Assembly (NCBI GenBank): GCA_051362555.1
Contig: CM120645.1
Location: forward strand, 4,464,001 to 4,528,000
DNA: 64,000 nt
Reading direction: 5' to 3'
Origin: Lingula anatina
Taxonomy: Eukaryota; Animalia; Brachiopoda
Made by a program: the position numbers and the translations under genes. The notes below the pieces were generated by a model, which did not search any database, had not been told where the DNA came from, and saw only the letters and a program-made list of their open reading frames with translations. Shown one piece after another: positions 1 through 8,408 of this stretch; positions within the stretch are counted from its first letter, which is position 1, and the number at the start of each line of letters is the position of its first letter.

Positions 1-973
1 ATTAAAAATGCATGTACATGTATCATGATAAGTTCATAGGTGAGAAAGAGGTTAATTAGAAAGTGAATAGATTTTGGTGGTGATCCATTAACCATTAGTT
101 AATGTCTGTTTGTCTGTTAACAACATTGTGCACAAAGTAATGGAGGGTTTTGAGCTGCCTTGGCAGAGGTCTGTGTTCTCTGAGTGTTTTTAGTAAGTCC
201 TGTTTAATTGGTCTACAGTATGGACGACAGGTTAGCAGAATTCCATTCCTAATACACACTTCTATAGTAAGTTGGGAAGCAGCATCTTTTCATGACCGCC
301 ATGGTGTCTTATTATACAACATGATGTGATCTTGACTTGTGCTATCGTATGGCAGTAATTACACAATAAATTACCTTGCAGGTTTGTCCAATTTGCAAGA
401 TTGAGCTTAATAAACTAAAACAAAACTTTTTTTTTGAAGGCTCTTCAACAATACTGAGGCAAATACGCTATCGTTTAAATGCTATGTTGGCATCTTTCAT
501 GTCTTGTAGAACCTCCACATGCCTCCAAAAGAGATTCAAGAGATAGTATTTACATATATGTATCTGAGGGTGATGCCTTTGTTCTTTTGTATAATTTCTT
601 CTGGTGCTTTGCCATTGCCGTGAGATGTTCCACTGGCAAATCCATAAAGAGCTTATGTTCTTGACATATTTATCACAGGGTACTCTAAGGCTATGAAGGT
701 TATTTCTCCAGCAGGTAAAACACCGGCTATGATGTGTTTTCCACAGAACAACTAAAAACTGACTGATGTCTAAGTTTATTTCTCTGGCTGAGAGATCTGG
801 AGTGTCCTAAAGACAACACGGACAATCCATCTTTGGTTTGACTGACCAAACTTAGTCTGTGATGTATTCTTTATACAGGGGTATATACTGATACAAAGGA
901 AGAAGCTCAGAAATGCATTTAAGTTATTTCAATAGCAAGGGAAATTGAAGCCAATTAAAGAATTAAGACATTA

Positions 974-979
974 CTAGAG
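974..979 (+). repeat. Left target-site duplication CTAGAG (partner at 10333-10338)
   Basis: The same hexamer flanks both TIR ends; 6-bp TSDs are characteristic of Polinton integrases. Confidence 0.92.
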
Positions 980-1299
980 AGTAGTTACATCCGTACTATA
1001 CGGGAGAAAAGAATTCCACTTTTTTCTTTTGTTATGTTACATCATTTGAACAATGGAAAACCTATACCGGACAATGGGGATGTTTACAAAATAAACAAAC
1101 AATTTTTTTAATGTAAACAAACGAGACTCCCTATTTTTGTTTACGTTTCACTATGGTAACGGATGACGTCACAGAACGGGCCTGGGCATGTCGGGGTAAT
1201 GTTTACGTTTTGTCATAGCGACGGATGACGTCAAGCGCAATTCTTTTGTTAGGCGTGTTGCATGTTCAGGCGTGCAATTTGAAGGCTATATATGTTGGA
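980..1299 (+). repeat. Left terminal inverted repeat (320 bp)
   Basis: Reverse complement of 10013-10332 with no mismatch seen by eye; identity ends after ...GAAGGCTATATATGTTGGA. Confidence 0.96.
1138..1293 (+). promoter_or_regulatory. Putative inward-facing promoter inside the TIR (Forkhead-like, X-box-like and CRE sites, TATA)
   Basis: Two modules TGTTTACGTTT..[X-box-like]..ACGGATGACGTCA, with CRE palindromes at 1164-1171 and 1226-1233. TATATA at ~1287-1292 lies ~65 bp upstream of the ATG at 1354. Confidence 0.55.
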
Positions 1300-1353
1300 A
1301 TGGTCAAATCAAACTCCAATTCACTGACCTAAGTTGTACGTTCGAACATCAAA

Positions 1354-2229
1354 ATGTCGCAGTTCTTCAAACTTGGTGAAGATAGTCTGTTGTCGATATG
1401 CAGAAGCAAACAGGGGGTCCAGTTGGTCGTCTTCAGCGATTTGAAAACGTTGAACAAGATCCGGATGCCTCGAGAAGCATGGGAAGATTTTAAAAACACC
1501 CTGCCTTCCGTCCAAACTGCTATGTCTACCGATACTGAAATAGATGATCAGCTGGGAGAAAACTATAATGTCCGTGTGCTGTACGACATTGGTAAGGAGG
1601 AATCTGTGATGAAGCTAGCCTACGCGCCGGTAAGTGCGTCGTATGAAGCGATGTACGATGTACAATTTGACAAACGCACATTGGAGACGTTGCTGACCAA
1701 AATGCCTGAAATCAATGCAGCGCTGGGTGAAATCCCACCGACAACAGTCAGCGAGGAGCCGGAAGAAAGTGATGAAAGAATGTTTGGAGCCGAAAACGAT
1801 GTAGAAGCAGACGTAGTATTAATTCATCTCATTTACGTGAAGTTGATCGTGCAGGAAATAGAGGCCATGCGTTACAGGTACTGTACTGGGTGTATAGCCG
1901 CGCACGGTTCCCAAAAGCATCACATGGATGGGTGTATGGCCGACTGGTCAGTTTCGGTACATGTGTACTTCACCAGGGCAAAAGCTGATGTAAGTCATGA
2001 GGTAATACTGAAGGCCTACAAGTTAATGAAGAAAAAACTGAGACAACAAGAAAACCCATACATACTTTCCGTCATCATGACTGCATCGCTGCTGGAAGAT
2101 TTTCGGAAAGACGTGGAGGAACCGAGCCATGCGTTATCCCCTGATACCGTCCTCGCTAGTATGGTCTACGATGTGTGCAAGATTGTATATGGCGAACATT
2201 TGTATAAGGCGATAAAAAAATCAGAATAA
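1354..2229 (+). CDS. Polinton accessory protein: possible PC4-like N-terminus plus C-terminal Cys/His motif
   Basis: Intact 291-aa ORF with AATAAA overlapping the stop. N-terminus FFKLGEDSLLSI...IRMPREAWEDF is reminiscent of PC4 ssDNA-binding domains; CTGC-x5-SQKHH-x2-GC is a putative metal-binding motif. The ORF is solid, the function tentative. Confidence 0.6.
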   Translation: MSQFFKLGEDSLLSICRSKQGVQLVVFSDLKTLNKIRMPREAWEDFKNTLPSVQTAMSTDTEIDDQLGENYNVRVLYDIGKEESVMKLAYAPVSASYEAMYDVQFDKRTLETLLTKMPEINAALGEIPPTTVSEEPEESDERMFGAENDVEADVVLIHLIYVKLIVQEIEAMRYRYCTGCIAAHGSQKHHMDGCMADWSVSVHVYFTRAKADVSHEVILKAYKLMKKKLRQQENPYILSVIMTASLLEDFRKDVEEPSHALSPDTVLASMVYDVCKIVYGEHLYKAIKKSE

Positions 2230-2326
2230 ACTTTGAATTGAACAGAAAAAGACGCCGTATAATCTGTGTAGAATTAACAAAGTTTGCATGTACATTAGCT
2301 AGAAGTGTGCGATGAAAGAAGACATT

Positions 2327-2530
2327 TGATTGGTTGATTATGACATCATATCTAAAAATAGATTTATATATGGAACGTTAATTTGATGTGATGAAGACAA
2401 TTTGATAGTAAAGAGTTGTTTACAAACATTTCATTGATTAAAATAATATGCGATTTGATTGGTTGAAAAAATGTTATTTGTTGTTAGCTGTAACGTGATT
2501 GGTTAGAAAAAATGTAATACATGATTGGTT
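2327..2530 (+). promoter_or_regulatory. Cluster of four inverted CCAAT boxes (TGATTGGTT) upstream of the BIR/integrase ORFs
   Basis: ATTGG cores at 2329, 2458, 2498 and 2524 in the 377-bp intergenic gap. Confidence 0.55.
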
Positions 2531-2606
2531 GAAATAAACACACAGCTTACCCGAAAAATTACAAAAATGTGTTTGCGATCATTTTTCTTTATACCGAGTA
2601 GACAGA

Positions 2607-3074
2607 ATGGATGATGATCATCCGGAAACCGATTCCGAGTTGGAGGGTGTGCTATATGGACCGGTCATGCCATACGCAAAAGAAGAAGACCGAATTATGA
2701 GTTTTCTTAATTGGCCGGGCAAACTACTTATCAACCCAATCCCTTTAGCCATTAGTGGATTTTACCGAGACCCACGAGCGTCTAGACACGATGATGTGGT
2801 TCGTTGTTTTTACTGCGATTTGTATCTAAAGAATTGGGACCCGCTGAGAGATGCCCCAGATGTCGAACACGAACGACACTCTCCTCAATGCACGATGAGT
2901 ACGGTTGGAAAAAGAATAAATCAACGATTTAATGTACCACTTACACCTAAAAAGCGACTTCAAATGGTTAGGCTTTTTGTGGTAGATGACACACTGCCCG
3001 TTGTACATCCCGCCAGTACAGTGATGTCGCTACTAAATACCCATTACGATGAAACTGGTGGGAACTATAAATAG
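2607..3074 (+). CDS. Single-BIR-domain inhibitor-of-apoptosis-like protein
   Basis: EEDRIMSFLNWP...LAISGFY...DVVRCFYC...NWDP..DAPDVEHERHSPQC contains the canonical BIR motifs (RxxSF, GFY, CxxC, H, C zinc ligands); no RING domain. Confidence 0.9.
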   Translation: MDDDHPETDSELEGVLYGPVMPYAKEEDRIMSFLNWPGKLLINPIPLAISGFYRDPRASRHDDVVRCFYCDLYLKNWDPLRDAPDVEHERHSPQCTMSTVGKRINQRFNVPLTPKKRLQMVRLFVVDDTLPVVHPASTVMSLLNTHYDETGGNYK

Positions 3075-3135
3075 AGATAGGATAAAGAAAGAAAACATTT
3101 AGCTTGTTGGAATTGATCCATAACTGTATGAGAAA

Positions 3136-4242
3136 ATGCCGCGTAAGAAAAAAACCAAGAAAGGGCAGAACAAAACAGATGCATATCTGCATAGTTTGTA
3201 TACCAACCCGTCAAACCCTGTAAGCTTTGGTGGTATGTTAAAACTGTATAATGCCGCACGAAAAGATGGTATGAAAATCAGTCGTCAGCAAATCAAAGAT
3301 TTTCTAGCCGCCCAAGATGTGTATACATTACATGCACCGGTTAGGAAACAATTCAGTACAAATCGCGTCATGGTGAATTATATTGATGATCAATGGCAGG
3401 GTGATCTGGCAGACCTCAGTAAGATAGCAAAATACAATAAAGGAATGAAATTCTTGTTAACCGTGATTGATATATTTTCAAAATACGCATGGGCAGTTCC
3501 AATCAAATCAAAATCAGCGGACAATGTATTAGATGCGTTTAAAGGCATTGTTTCCGAAGGCAGAAAGCCACTGGTACTTCAAACTGATGCAGGGACAGAA
3601 TTTACAAATAGAAAATTTCAAGCGTACCTCAAGAGTCAAGGCATAGCTTTTTTCACAACAAAATCGGAAAGAAAAAGCTCTGTGGTTGAGCGTTTTAACA
3701 GAAGCATAAAGACCCGTTTGTACAGATATTTCACAGCAAACAGTACGTTAACGTATGTGACAGTCCTAAACGACTTGATGACAGGATACAACCATGCAAA
3801 ACATCGAAGCATAAAGATGGCCCCAATCGATGTGAATCCACGAAATGCAAACATTGTGTGGAAAAACTTGTATGGAAAAGTAAAAATAGGGAAGTCGGGG
3901 TTTAAATTTCAAGTAGGAGATACTGTAAGATTAAGCAAAACACGCACCCCTTTTGCAAAAGGATACGAACAGGGATGGACACAGGAAATATTTACAATAT
4001 CAGAAAGATTAAACAGAACACCTCCTGTGTATAAGGTGAAAGATTACAATGGAGAGCAAATCGAAGGTGTCTTGTACGAACCAGAAATGATTAAAGTTAT
4101 TAAAACTGACGACGTGTATCGTATCGAGAAAATTTTAAAGACCCGTGGAAAGGGGAAAACTAGGCAGCTTTTTGTAAAATGGGTAGGTTATGATGATCGT
4201 TTCAATACTTGGGTAGATTCGAAGGATGTACAAAAAACATAA
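3136..4242 (+). CDS. Retroviral-like (rve) c-integrase with C-terminal chromodomain
   Basis: DDE triad in QWQGDLAD / LQTDAGTEF / SVVERFNRS. The C-terminus YRIEKIL...LFVKWVGYDDRFNTWV is chromodomain-like. Confidence 0.95.
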   Translation: MPRKKKTKKGQNKTDAYLHSLYTNPSNPVSFGGMLKLYNAARKDGMKISRQQIKDFLAAQDVYTLHAPVRKQFSTNRVMVNYIDDQWQGDLADLSKIAKYNKGMKFLLTVIDIFSKYAWAVPIKSKSADNVLDAFKGIVSEGRKPLVLQTDAGTEFTNRKFQAYLKSQGIAFFTTKSERKSSVVERFNRSIKTRLYRYFTANSTLTYVTVLNDLMTGYNHAKHRSIKMAPIDVNPRNANIVWKNLYGKVKIGKSGFKFQVGDTVRLSKTRTPFAKGYEQGWTQEIFTISERLNRTPPVYKVKDYNGEQIEGVLYEPEMIKVIKTDDVYRIEKILKTRGKGKTRQLFVKWVGYDDRFNTWVDSKDVQKT

Positions 4243-4280
4243 ATGTAACCGGTACCAGACAAAACACCTCATTTGAAAGG

Positions 4281-5012
4281 ATGGCGTCGTCTTTTCATGT
4301 TATCTTACCGTCAAACAGCAGCTTTAAGTATTTCCCTAACAACAGACCCGAGACATTCCAAACAAAACTGTCATCGTCACTTAATCTAGAAGGGGATTTT
4401 GAAGTCGCATTGGTGGAACTACAGTACCCATATTCGTGGAATAATATTCAGAACGGTGTATTGACATATTACGACGGGGTAAAAACAAATACGTTAAACA
4501 TTACTGCAGGGTATTATCCGACAGTTGGCGATCTAATAACTGCAATTCACGATCAGTTAACAGCTATTGGAAAAACAAACATAACGTTGGGTTATAACAT
4601 TATCAGCAGACGAGTTACAGTTCACTTGAAATCGGGGGCCTACATCGATGTTGCGGGAGACATGGCGACAATGCTGGGGTTTAAACCGAATGTCAGAGTT
4701 AATGCAGATACAATAGCCCCTTACCCTCCAAACATGACGTTAGGGTTCAATTCCCTCTACGTGTATACAGATATTATACAAAATCAGATGGTAGGGGACG
4801 CTTCGGCAAATTTACTGAGGATTGTTGATATTAATGGCGTTTACGGACAAGTGGTCACAAAAACATTTGACAATCCCATTTACATCCCTCTAAATCGTCG
4901 TCATATTGACACAATTCGAATAGATATAAGTCGTGACACGGGTGAACTTGTGCAGTTTGATAGCGGGAAGGCTATAGCGACACTTCATTTTCGCAGAAAG
5001 AGTTTATTATAA
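4281..5012 (+). CDS. Minor capsid protein (penton, single jelly-roll)
   Basis: First ATG is at 4281 (the track start at 4209 is TTG). FHVILPSNSS..YFPNN...F.TKL..SLNLEGDFEVAL, LYVYTDII..QMVGD...LLRIV and terminal TLHFRR are typical of Polinton pentons. Confidence 0.85.
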   Translation: MASSFHVILPSNSSFKYFPNNRPETFQTKLSSSLNLEGDFEVALVELQYPYSWNNIQNGVLTYYDGVKTNTLNITAGYYPTVGDLITAIHDQLTAIGKTNITLGYNIISRRVTVHLKSGAYIDVAGDMATMLGFKPNVRVNADTIAPYPPNMTLGFNSLYVYTDIIQNQMVGDASANLLRIVDINGVYGQVVTKTFDNPIYIPLNRRHIDTIRIDISRDTGELVQFDSGKAIATLHFRRKSLL

Positions 5013-5014
5013 AA

Positions 5015-5392
5015 ATGGATCCTGTATACGTAGCATTAGTAAAAAGATACGAAGCACAGGTGGGCGGAGGGTCCATTCATAAATTTAGAGGTACAAGGGT
5101 ACAATCACGAATGCAAAGAGGCAATGGTAGGCTATTTCAACCTAGACACGCTGAAATATTGCATGTAGATAGACAGAATAACCCGAAACGCACAGAACAA
5201 CCCGCAGTAAAGAAGAAACGTAAAAGAAGTCGTACTCCGAAGTCAAAACTTTATGTTAATGGTGACGTCATAAGGAAAACGTTAAACGCCATGACTATAA
5301 AAAAGAACAACACACCTAAAGCAACCAGAAGAGTAAAAGGTAGACGACCAAAACAGTCACGTTCATTCAAGGCACGAGAAACGAATTTTTAG
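5015..5392 (+). CDS. Small basic (K/R-rich) putative virion core protein
   Basis: 125 aa between penton and MCP. Contains QVGGG..FRG.RVQ..MQRGNG (QxGxG, possible protease sites) and the basic tract KKKRKRSR. Confidence 0.65.
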   Translation: MDPVYVALVKRYEAQVGGGSIHKFRGTRVQSRMQRGNGRLFQPRHAEILHVDRQNNPKRTEQPAVKKKRKRSRTPKSKLYVNGDVIRKTLNAMTIKKNNTPKATRRVKGRRPKQSRSFKARETNF

Positions 5393-5394
5393 AC

Positions 5395-6714
5395 ATGAAT
5401 AACACTGAAAATGATCCCATCGTCAGAACTGAACTGGATATATTTTCGAATATACGCGATCATATGCAGACCGATCTGTTATCGAGCTATTTTGAAGAAG
5501 TGAGACCTCTCACTGCGGTTGCAGATGTGAGCCCCGTAATAGAATTTGTCATTAAAGGAACACCCGACGAATATATCGATACGACGCAAATCAACCTATA
5601 CGTTGAAGGTCAAATTGTTAAAGCAGATGGAACTGACATCGATGCAGGACAAAACACGTCAGTTGTGAATAACACGCTACACTCCCTATTTACAGCGGTC
5701 GACGTAGAGTTGAATGACCATTTAATAACGGTGGGACAGAATACATATGCCTACCGCGCATACTTGGAAAATTTATTGTATTATGGGAAAAATGCTAAAG
5801 AATCGCTTTTAACTTCGGAAATGTATTACCAAGATACCGATGGACTGATGGATGACGTTGATGTAGACGGAGACCCAGGGAATGAAGGATTTAAGGCCCG
5901 TAATTCTTGGTTTCAAAGGAGCAGGAGGGTTGAAATGTATGGACCGTTAAAAATTGACTTAGCCACTCAAAACAAGCTTCTTCTGAATCAAGTGGACGTA
6001 CGAATCAAGTTGCGAAGGACGTCGCATGCATTTTGCCTTATGTCGGACACGGATGCACAAGAACAATTTCTGATCAAAAACATATCCCTTTTTGTAAGGA
6101 GAGTCAAAGTATCTGATCGGTTGAAACTGGCTCATGAGAACATATTAGCCAAACACGTAGCATGTTATCCCATGACTAGAAGGGAAGTCAAAGTTATCAA
6201 TTTACCCAATGGAGTAAGAACGGCTCATATTGACAATGCGTATTTTGGACGCATGCCTAAACGTATTCTTTTGGCTTTGTTGGAAGATGATGCTTTTTCG
6301 GGAGATTATACTAAGAATCCGTTTAATTTCAAACACAACGATTTAAGGCAACTTCGATTAATGGTGGCGGGGGAACAAATACCATTCAAACCTTACAATT
6401 TTGATTTTAGTGTTCAAGGGGGGTTAAACTACTTAAGGGCGTATTATGATCTTTTGTCAGCAGTTGGAGCGGCAGACGGAGAGCACAGCATCGATATTGA
6501 TAGAACTCAATACCTGAATGGATATGTTTTATTCGCTCACGATCTAACCCCTGATCAAACCTTTGACAATTATATAACTCCAACAAAGCAGGGTTCGCTT
6601 AACATCGATCTGGAGTTTGGACAACAGATTAACAATATCGTGTTGCTTGTCATGGCAGAATTTGATTCAGTTATCAAAATTGACCAACGTAGGAGCGTTT
6701 TTGTAGAATATTAA
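5395..6714 (+). CDS. Major capsid protein (double jelly-roll, hexon-like/PY)
   Basis: 439 aa with ELDIF...IEFVI...YID...LYV, VNNTLHSLF..VDVELND, YAYRAYLENLLYY, NPFNFKH and AEFDSVIKID, matching Polinton MCP motifs. Confidence 0.92.
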   Translation: MNNTENDPIVRTELDIFSNIRDHMQTDLLSSYFEEVRPLTAVADVSPVIEFVIKGTPDEYIDTTQINLYVEGQIVKADGTDIDAGQNTSVVNNTLHSLFTAVDVELNDHLITVGQNTYAYRAYLENLLYYGKNAKESLLTSEMYYQDTDGLMDDVDVDGDPGNEGFKARNSWFQRSRRVEMYGPLKIDLATQNKLLLNQVDVRIKLRRTSHAFCLMSDTDAQEQFLIKNISLFVRRVKVSDRLKLAHENILAKHVACYPMTRREVKVINLPNGVRTAHIDNAYFGRMPKRILLALLEDDAFSGDYTKNPFNFKHNDLRQLRLMVAGEQIPFKPYNFDFSVQGGLNYLRAYYDLLSAVGAADGEHSIDIDRTQYLNGYVLFAHDLTPDQTFDNYITPTKQGSLNIDLEFGQQINNIVLLVMAEFDSVIKIDQRRSVFVEY

Positions 6715-6716
6715 AT

Positions 6717-7244
6717 ATGAATACGAAGCAAATAGAATGCATTCTTCAGACTGATCCGGTTACGAGTACATGTTTTCAAGGGGTGTTTGCATCAGACGCG
6801 TTGCCCAAAAAGATATGGACTTATCCAGCATGCCTCGTGGCTAATACGGATCCTCACGATAAACCGGGCGTGCACTGGGTTGCTTTTTACTTTGATGAAC
6901 AGGGACACGGAGAGTTCTTTGACTCTTATGCGAAATCACCTTATTATTACAACGCAGCTTTTAAACGTTTTTTAGATGAAAACTCTTTATCTGGGTGGAA
7001 TTGTAACACTAGGACATTACAGAGCCTGTATACCAAAGTGTGTGGACAATACTGTATATATTACTTGATGAATAGATCTCGTGGAAAAAAATTAGAACAG
7101 ATACTTAGTAAATTCACCAGCGACAAACAATTTAATGATATATTAGTGTATGATTATGTTAATGCACATTGCAACATACCCTACTGTGTAAACGCGTGTT
7201 TTCAAGTTTGTAGATCAAAGAAGTCACTAGGAATATTGTATTAA
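6717..7244 (+). CDS. Adenain/Ulp1-like cysteine maturation protease
   Basis: Catalytic H-D-Q-C residues in NTD...PGVHWVAF, EFFDSY and LQS...VCGQYC. Confidence 0.92.
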   Translation: MNTKQIECILQTDPVTSTCFQGVFASDALPKKIWTYPACLVANTDPHDKPGVHWVAFYFDEQGHGEFFDSYAKSPYYYNAAFKRFLDENSLSGWNCNTRTLQSLYTKVCGQYCIYYLMNRSRGKKLEQILSKFTSDKQFNDILVYDYVNAHCNIPYCVNACFQVCRSKKSLGILY

Positions 7245-7309
7245 ACACATTTATTCGAGTAATAATAAAAATACAGCTGTGCAAATATGTTTTATGTTAT
7301 TATTTTATT
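7245..7309. terminator. Putative bidirectional polyadenylation region between convergent gene blocks
   Basis: AATAAA on plus at 7264-7269 and TTTATT (minus-strand AATAAA) at ~7250 and ~7304, within a 65-bp gap between convergent stops. Confidence 0.55.
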
Positions 7310-8071
7310 TCAATATATGTTGAATAAAGATAGTTTAGATTTTACTACATTTCCCGAATCTTTCTGACTTGGCCTGGGAGCTGGTTTAGTTTTTGCTACA
7401 TGTCCCGAGCCCATCTGAGTTGAACTGGAAGAAGTGTCCAACGACATAATCTGGTTGCGCCGCTTTACGTTTGAGATGTTATTTAGTGGTACATTAAGAC
7501 GTTTCAAACCCTTTAAAAATACAGTAAGCCCTGGCGGTTCGTAATTCCTACGGGGTACATACAGATCGTTAAACAAATCTACTACATTGCTTCCTTCGTA
7601 CACTCTACCATTGTATTTCAACTCCCCTTGATCATTATACGACAGCACATTAGGTTGGTTAGACATGTATCTCAAAATTACGTTAGCTTTGCGACGCACA
7701 CGCTGTGGTATTGCATCTAATATCTCGGCTTTAAGATGTAATACAGATCCAGCCTCTGACTTGACGATGGGGGTTGCGGTTGCGTCAGCGGTGTCAACTC
7801 CAGGTTGTGCTTCTAACGGTTGTGACGAATTGTGCACAACAACTGCAACCGGTTCGCGTTTTCTCGCTTTACTCAGATATTGACTTTGAAGATCGTTGTA
7901 GATACTCATTTTTTCATCGAATGGTACATCGGTCCTTTGCAAAGTTTTCTTCATTTCATTTTCTAAACGTAGTGTTTCTTCGACAAAGGGGGAATAATTA
8001 GCGCTTACTCTCTGTTTCAAAGCATTCAGTTCGTTCTCGTTGATTAAGACCATTTTATTGAAGCCTGCCAT
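7310..8071 (-). CDS. Conserved Polinton hypothetical protein (PZ-type)
   Basis: 253 aa with KMVLI, LENEMKKTL...EKMSIY and YNDQGELKYNG..YEGSNVVDL...PPGLTVFLKGL..LNVP, resembling a recurrent Polinton core ORF; family label tentative. Confidence 0.7.
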   Translation of the reverse strand: MAGFNKMVLINENELNALKQRVSANYSPFVEETLRLENEMKKTLQRTDVPFDEKMSIYNDLQSQYLSKARKREPVAVVVHNSSQPLEAQPGVDTADATATPIVKSEAGSVLHLKAEILDAIPQRVRRKANVILRYMSNQPNVLSYNDQGELKYNGRVYEGSNVVDLFNDLYVPRRNYEPPGLTVFLKGLKRLNVPLNNISNVKRRNQIMSLDTSSSSTQMGSGHVAKTKPAPRPSQKDSGNVVKSKLSLFNIY

Positions 8072-8378
8072 TTCTTGTTATCGGTTTAAGAATTGCCTTA
8101 ACTGCACCCGGATTCCGTATCAAAATTATTTTTTTCCGATGAATGGACACTTGTTTGGAAGCCAGCTGAACGATGACGCGTTTAACCCTCCGTAATGCCG
8201 ATTTTTCTGTCGCAGTCAGGGTAATATTTGTATTATATAATAGATTAGATGCGTAGTTACAGATAATTCTAACGAGATCGTAGGGTGAATTCTTAACAAC
8301 GGCAGTTATCAATTTCTTGTCGGCTATGGAAAGCAAACTGACATGAGCATTGAATAACTTTTCTGTCTCAACTTTCAT
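8055..8378 (-). CDS. Small basic conserved Polinton protein (PW-type)
   Basis: 107 aa with IICNYASNLL..NITLT..EK..LRR.K..IVQLASK.VS...KK.IL, resembling the small ORF usually found next to the Polinton ATPase. Confidence 0.7.
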   Translation of the reverse strand: MKVETEKLFNAHVSLLSIADKKLITAVVKNSPYDLVRIICNYASNLLYNTNITLTATEKSALRRVKRVIVQLASKQVSIHRKKIILIRNPGAVKAILKPITRNGRLQ

Positions 8379-8408
8379 GATACACCGCAGCGATGAAAAT
8401 ATGTTCAG

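Noticed and set aside
978-979. Extending the TIR outward by 2 bp (AGAGTAGT)
   Set aside because: The extra match is explained by the TSD sequence; extension destroys the perfect 6-bp duplication and the canonical AGTAGT end.
4209-4280. N-terminal extension of the penton ORF in the ORF track
   Set aside because: Starts at TTG inside the integrase gene; the eukaryotic start is the ATG at 4281, where the family motif begins.
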